64,000 nucleotides of DNA from the human T2T-CHM13v2.0 reference genome, Homo sapiens. Position 1 is the first letter of the stretch, and each line of letters opens with the position of its first letter. The position numbers were made by a program, and so were the translations under genes. Of this stretch, positions 56,449 through 64,000 are shown in pieces. The notes below the pieces were generated by a model. That model had not been told where the DNA came from, ran no database searches, and saw only the letters and a list, made by a program, of their open reading frames with translations. The DNA is taken from the NCBI RefSeq assembly GCF_009914755.1, contig NC_060927.1, one strand, 5' to 3'.

Positions 56449-57531
56449 TAAAAACACTGATGTATATTACTGCAAAGTCAAAGAAAGTTGTGAATATATT
56501 GAATTTTCATATTACCATCCAAATGGTTGTTGACAAATTTGTTTAAAAGAAAAAAATGAATTTGGATTTATGCAAACTTGGCAGGAATTTACAAATCAGA
56601 GGGAATAAAGACAGCAATGTTCATGGTTCCTGCTTTGTAGTTTTTTAATAGTAATAAAAATTATACTTGATACATACACAACATTTTACATTTTCCAAAA
56701 CACCTTTATATGCGTACTTTTACAGGAAATCCTGATAAATGACAAGATATATGCTACCTCCCTGCTGCAGATTGAGAAGGCAGAGGCTTGTCCATGATCA
56801 CATAGCTAATAGGGCCACTGTGATCTCCACCCACCACCCTTTGCCCAAAGAGCAACATAGCGCCATGTGATGGTCCCACACAGAACCCAAGAAAACTCGA
56901 GGACGGCATTGACACAGTAGCTCTTTTAGGGCTGATTGTAAGATCTGTGATCACAGAATTTTTTTCAAACATATGATACGCATTTCAATAGGTCTTCTGC
57001 CAGAAACAGGGTTAGCTATATAATTTGTGGATTTTATTTACTATTTAGTGTCTTCCTAAGTAAAGAAAAATTCACATTTTAAATTATTAGCATGAGTTTT
57101 ACAATTCCTCTTTAATTTGAATAGTGCCAGTTTTAAATGCAAATATAAGAACATTTAACTCCTACGCAGAATCACCAAAATTGCAGAATTTTTATTTTGT
57201 AGCCTATATATGTATGTATGTATGTGTGTATACATGTATATATATATATTCTTACCAGAACAGTGAAAGTGCTATACAAAACTAACCCCGCTGTTTTCAT
57301 TTCTCTTGGTAATACACACACATTTCCCAGCCCTCTGTACCTTTGGCTTATGATGAGGCTGAATGAAAGGGCAGGGAGCTATGGATCATCCTTGCTCTCT
57401 CGTTCCTTCTCGTGTCATTTTCAATGGATCTGTTTTGCTAACACAAGGACATAAGGTGAGTAAGAAAGGATATGATGGGATTATTTGGTCAATTGTGTTT
57501 TTCTTAGACTGCCACTGTCTTTTTTTGTATT

Positions 57532-58013
<482 letters not shown>

Positions 58014-58664
58014 TGAATGGCATAGCGAGGAACTGCAGTGGCATGACCCCTCTCCTCCACTGTCTCACTGGGCTTCACTTACAAAAAAGAAGTTCAAAGA
58101 TGAAATTATCAAGAATGTCAAGACAGTGACAGAAGAGCATTAAGCCAAGCACGTGACCCTTCTCAGCATAGAGTCCTCTATAACAGAACTTCACGGTCAC
58201 ATGGCAAAGTCAGCACAGAGTATTCCTAGTCTAGAGGCTTTAAGAGTACAGATGTGTCTCTCAGGCCCCAGGCTGAACTTCTAGACGAATTCCAGGGTGG
58301 AGCACCTTCCTCACAATATCCCTAGAATTGATGAGGCTCCGTGAAGCATAATCCCAGAGGGAAGCTGGAACTCCCAGCACTGCCCTACCTGAGAGCCTCG
58401 TGCCTATAGCTGCGTGACTTGAGGATGAGGAAGGAAGGGAAGGGGGACAGTAGAAATCCTCCAGGCACAGCTAGAGTGCAGTGGAAGCAGTCTTGTCAAG
58501 AAAATGCTATTATGACCAGAAATTAAAGGGGAAATCCAAAATGTTGTTATAACCTAGCGATGTTCTTCTTTACCCACAAAACAATGCTTTAAAGAAACTA
58601 ATTGCTCAAGACATCTCTCTCGAATACACATTTACACAGTCTATTTAATACAACCCCTGGAACA

Positions 58665-58880
58665 ACTGCAGTGAAACAGAGCGTCAGGGAAACCTAACTT
58701 CCAGACACAGCTCTGATTCCTTCTTGATGGGTGACTCTGGGCAGGCCACCTAACTTCTCTGAGTCTCAATTCTCTTATCGGTAAAATGGGAATAATGATT
58801 CCTAACCCAGAGGTAGGGTCCTTGTGAGAGAATGCATGTAAAAGTGAGCTGTAAGCTGTAAATCACTGTGCACACATGAA
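58665..58880 (+). mobile_element. MIR
   Basis: gggtgactctgggcaggccacctaacttctctgagtctcaattctcttatcggtaaaatgggaataatg. Confidence 0.8.
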
Positions 58881-60455
58881 GGCATGTATATTGCATTGGC
58901 ACGTTGGTATCCTGTGTACAAACGTTATATATCACACACGGACACCATCAGGAAATTCCACTCCGGGGCAGAGTGATTTACAAAGCCTGCTCAGAAGTGG
59001 AGTCAATTAAGGTCAGCTTTCTATGTTGCTAAACAACAGGGGATTCTGGGTTCAGTAACGTTGAAAGGCAGGCCCAACACACCCCTTGAAACTGGGCTTT
59101 TGAGAGGGTTCAAAGGAAGGCGAAACAAAAGCCCCTCTTTGTGATGTTTTCACTCTTCCTGCATTGTCCTCTTTCACCCTCCAAGGGCCTTCATGTAAAG
59201 AAGGGCTGCTAATGTGGCGAGTGGGAGTTTGAAATTGTCCTGGGCCAACAATGTTGGCACATTCTGCCGGGCCTCATTACAGAATCATCTGAAATGCTCT
59301 AGAAGTGTTTCCCACTCATTAGCATAAATAGCAGAAAAACTCTTTCACAAACAAAGCAGGTTCCATCTGCCCCAGTATGTCCTCACCTTGACTTCAAATG
59401 GCCAGTCCCTCCCCCAGCACAATACAGGGGCGCCGGCCTCCGAGGCCCCAAACACCCCACTTCAGAACAGCATTCAGCGAAATATCAACACGGTAACCTG
59501 CATGTTTATTCATTGGCCAGCCCCCTCCTTTTAATGGAGTCCCTTCCCCATTGTGACCACTTGATTCTTTCACAGACCTAAAAGGGACAGGCAGGGAGAG
59601 GCTTCCTTTCGAAGCTGTTGGGATCCTTAGCAACCCACACCTTGTGAGTGGGTCAACTAGGCTAATTAGGTTTGTTCTGCCTTTTTGGCCCAGGCGTATT
59701 TTGTCAGGTATTCTGCTGTGAGATTAAAGAGTCATTAATCACCCAGGCCTGACGCTGACAAGGTGGCTTTTACAATGAAGTCCACTTCCCTGGTGCTGGC
59801 TGGAGCCTAGGCCGGATCTGTTTTGCATTACATTGCAGAAGAATGTAATGTGGGCTTCTTCCCAGGCGACCTCACAGGATGTCAACCTCGGGCCCCCGGG
59901 CCTTAAGAAGGCCGGTGCCAGGGACAGAGATAGCATCTACTTTGAAGGCAAACCGTGCTCACAGCAGCTGGGTGGAGTCTGTTGGGTTCTGGAAGGGCAA
60001 CTCACAGAATAAGGTACAGCCTGACAGAGTCAGACCTCAGTCCCCAGCCGCCCAGCCCCGCATTTTCCCAAAGAAAGCCCAGAGGCTCAGAAAGGAAGGA
60101 TACTTGCCCGAGGACACATAGCAAATCACGGTGAGAGTCAAGATTAAAACAAGGCATCTCACCACTATCACACTACCACATCTGAATCCCAAACTAAGCT
60201 TTTTATAACCCTTTTCAACATAATCAATAACTGTTACAGTTGGCAATTCAGAGGTCCTGCACTCTTAAGCGGAGAAAGAAGGGAAGTCAATCCCATTTGT
60301 CAAGTGCTACAAAAGGCTAAACTCTGTGCCATTTTGCATATAATTGATTCCATTTAAATGCCATTTTCATAAGATGACTTGTGAAAGGGCTCAGCCACCC
60401 TTAGTTCTTACCCAGTGCAACAGTTTTCCTGATAAGTAGACCTTATCATCCCTAT

Positions 60456-60747
60456 TTTTTTTTTTTTTAAGATGAGAGTCTCCCTGTCACGCAGGCTGGA
60501 GTGCAATGGCGCGATCACAGCTCACTGCAACCTCTGCCTCCAGGTTCAAGCGATTCTCCTGCCTCAGTCTCCTGAGTAGCTGGGATTACAGGTGCCCACC
60601 ACCATGCCCGGCAAATTTTTGCATTTTTAGTAGAGACGGAGATTCACCATGTTGGCCAGGCTGGTCTCGAACTCCTGACCTTGTGATCCGTCCGCCTTGG
60701 CTTCCCAAAGTGCTAGAATTACAGCCGTGAGCCACCGTGCCCGGCTA
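60456..60747 (-). mobile_element. AluS inserted in a MIR
   Basis: Antisense dimer; flanking repeat cat(c/t)cctattttt. Confidence 0.92.
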
Positions 60748-61421
60748 GCATTCCTATTTTTATGAACAAAGAAGCCAAGACACAGCAAGGTTAAATAACT
60801 CATTCACGGCCGATATTCTTTCCTATGCCAGACTGCCATTTGAAAAGATGAGTTCTCTAAATCCAGGTGTTCTCATGAACTTTTATTATTGCTGATGTCA
60901 ATCATAAATTAAAAGCGTAGGTCAATTATCTAAACATCAGATTATCAGAATGTGTTGTTTCCTTTTAATCTCAATGTGTGATCATGCCATCTATCTCTGC
61001 TGATGTTTCCTTGTTGTCCTTTCTGCTTTTATTCTTTCATTAATTTAGCAAACATCTGTTGAGCATGCTGGGGATACCCAGATTTTAAAAACAAGGCCAT
61101 ATGCCCCTTTCTTGTGACATTACTGGAAAATGAGCTCCTCACAAATAAGAAGGTAAACCAAGAAGGAGGAAGGCGAGGGCTTTGGAAGCCAGGAGCTCCA
61201 ACACAGAAGGATGGTGAAGGCAATGCCTGGGAGGCTGCAGGGTTCTCCAGAGGAAGGCTACATGCCCAGTGCATAGGGAGGGCAGCTGGCCCACATGCTG
61301 CAGGGCGCAGCCCTGGGACAGGCTTCAGCAGAAAGACAAATTCGATAGGAGACCTGATCATCTACATCACCAAGGAGGAGATTTAGAACTTTGGCAGAGT
61401 TTGAACCTTTATTATTACTTA

Positions 61422-62050
<629 letters not shown>

Positions 62051-63163
62051 GGACTATTTGACTCTCCAAATTATGTGGATGTGTAACTTTGGTAAACACA
62101 GAAACTCAAATTCAAAAGTCATTGATGAATTTGATTGCAAAGTAAGACATTGTGTTTGTTGTCAAAGGGTTAACAACGTCCTTGGGAGGCTGTCAGGCCA
62201 AGTCATAATTGAAGCATACCTGGGATGCTCTGACCCTTCTGTGGGTCGTTGAGAGGTGGAGCAAGAGGTTAAGGAAGTTCACAGGTGAGGGGAGGGGCAA
62301 TGTCTTGAGTGGATGCAGCTGTGAAAGGGAGGGAGCGTGAGGAATTGGTATCACAAACATTGACAGCGTGAAAGCCAGAGAAGGTGGTAGAACGCTGGGG
62401 AGATAATCCTGGTCCTGTCTAGCGAGATAGACAAGATTCAAAAGTGAGCCTGAACCAGACCCAGTTTGAACACCAGCTGCTGTACTTACAGACCACATTA
62501 GTAACTACTCTGAGCCTCACTTTCCACAATCTAAAGAAGAGAAAAATAGTAGCTCCCACCCAGGATTGTTCTTATACTTGATTCAGACACATTTATAAAG
62601 CCTCCACTATGAAATACTTACTGCATCTCAGGCCCTGAATAAAACCAGCCCTCAAACACACCATCAGTGAAACCAACAAGGTCGGTAGTATTTCTTGTTT
62701 CTTGAAAGTACATGCGGAGATCATCTATTCAAGTCTACAGGGTGACTGACTCAATGTTAGAAAGAAATGAAAAAAGTGCGTGCAAGGAAAATGGCGTTAA
62801 TGGATGGTTTGACTGCGTCTTCAAAACCTACACACAGACCCAGGAAATTTCATTCAAGGATTAGCTGCATAGTAGGATCAACAAGCTGGATATAAGCATT
62901 CATTCTTTTCAGACATTGAGTTGTTCTGTTGATTTGAACCTCAGAAACCTACAGGCAACTGGCTTTCTTTAATTTTCTCAGGTCCTCATCCCTGTTTACC
63001 TCTTCTGTCTCTCTCTGCCTCAAGCCCAGAAACAACCCTTCTCCTTTTCCCTTTCTCCCAATGCTGCCTCTTCCCTCTCCCCGCTCCTCTTCAATAAAAC
63101 CCTCACTAAACTCCAGGCCTTGCCTCTTCTGTCATCAGTCTGTGCACAAATAATAGTCCACGC

Positions 63164-63790
<627 letters not shown>

Positions 63791-64000
63791 ACGAATATTT
63801 GTCCCAAAGACTTAAGACTTTTTAAAAAAGATTTAATGTTTCCATAACAAACAAAAATTGGATTCAGCCTTAGGAAACATATAATCAGAGGCTGACTTCC
63901 CAGACTTTCAGGGGATAGGAATGGGTGGGAAGGGAGCTTCACAAAATCAATATAAATGATATTTACTTGTAGTATTTTGGAGGAGAAGCGGGGGCAGGGC

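Overview
This is primate genomic DNA, human or great ape judging by AluY- and L1PA2-type copies. It looks intergenic or intronic, and I cannot name the locus. I found no credible protein-coding exon: the supplied ORFs come from Alu, L1, L3, simple repeats or the CpG island, or are chance ORFs. The window holds about 28 Alus, a short young L1PA insertion, older L1M/L2/L3/MIR fragments, solo LTRs (MLT1, MSTA, MER50, MER31 and one unidentified ERV1-like LTR), DNA-transposon fossils (MER33, Tigger3/4, MER81, MER94, ORSL), a 7SL retropseudogene, several short tandem duplications and VNTRs, a ~0.6 kb CpG island (50770-51355), and several repeat-free blocks that look like enhancers. The most unusual signal is three short local copies of DNA lying 1-2 kb away: a 67-bp inverted copy inside a scrambled Alu composite, a 105-bp direct copy, and a 178-bp inverted copy spliced into an MLT1E LTR with microhomology at both ends. 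These look like fossil template-switch repair scars. There is also a candidate 7SL-L1 chimeric retrocopy. Repeat names come from recalled consensus sequences, not a database search, and most boundaries are approximate. I see no evidence for a new gene system.
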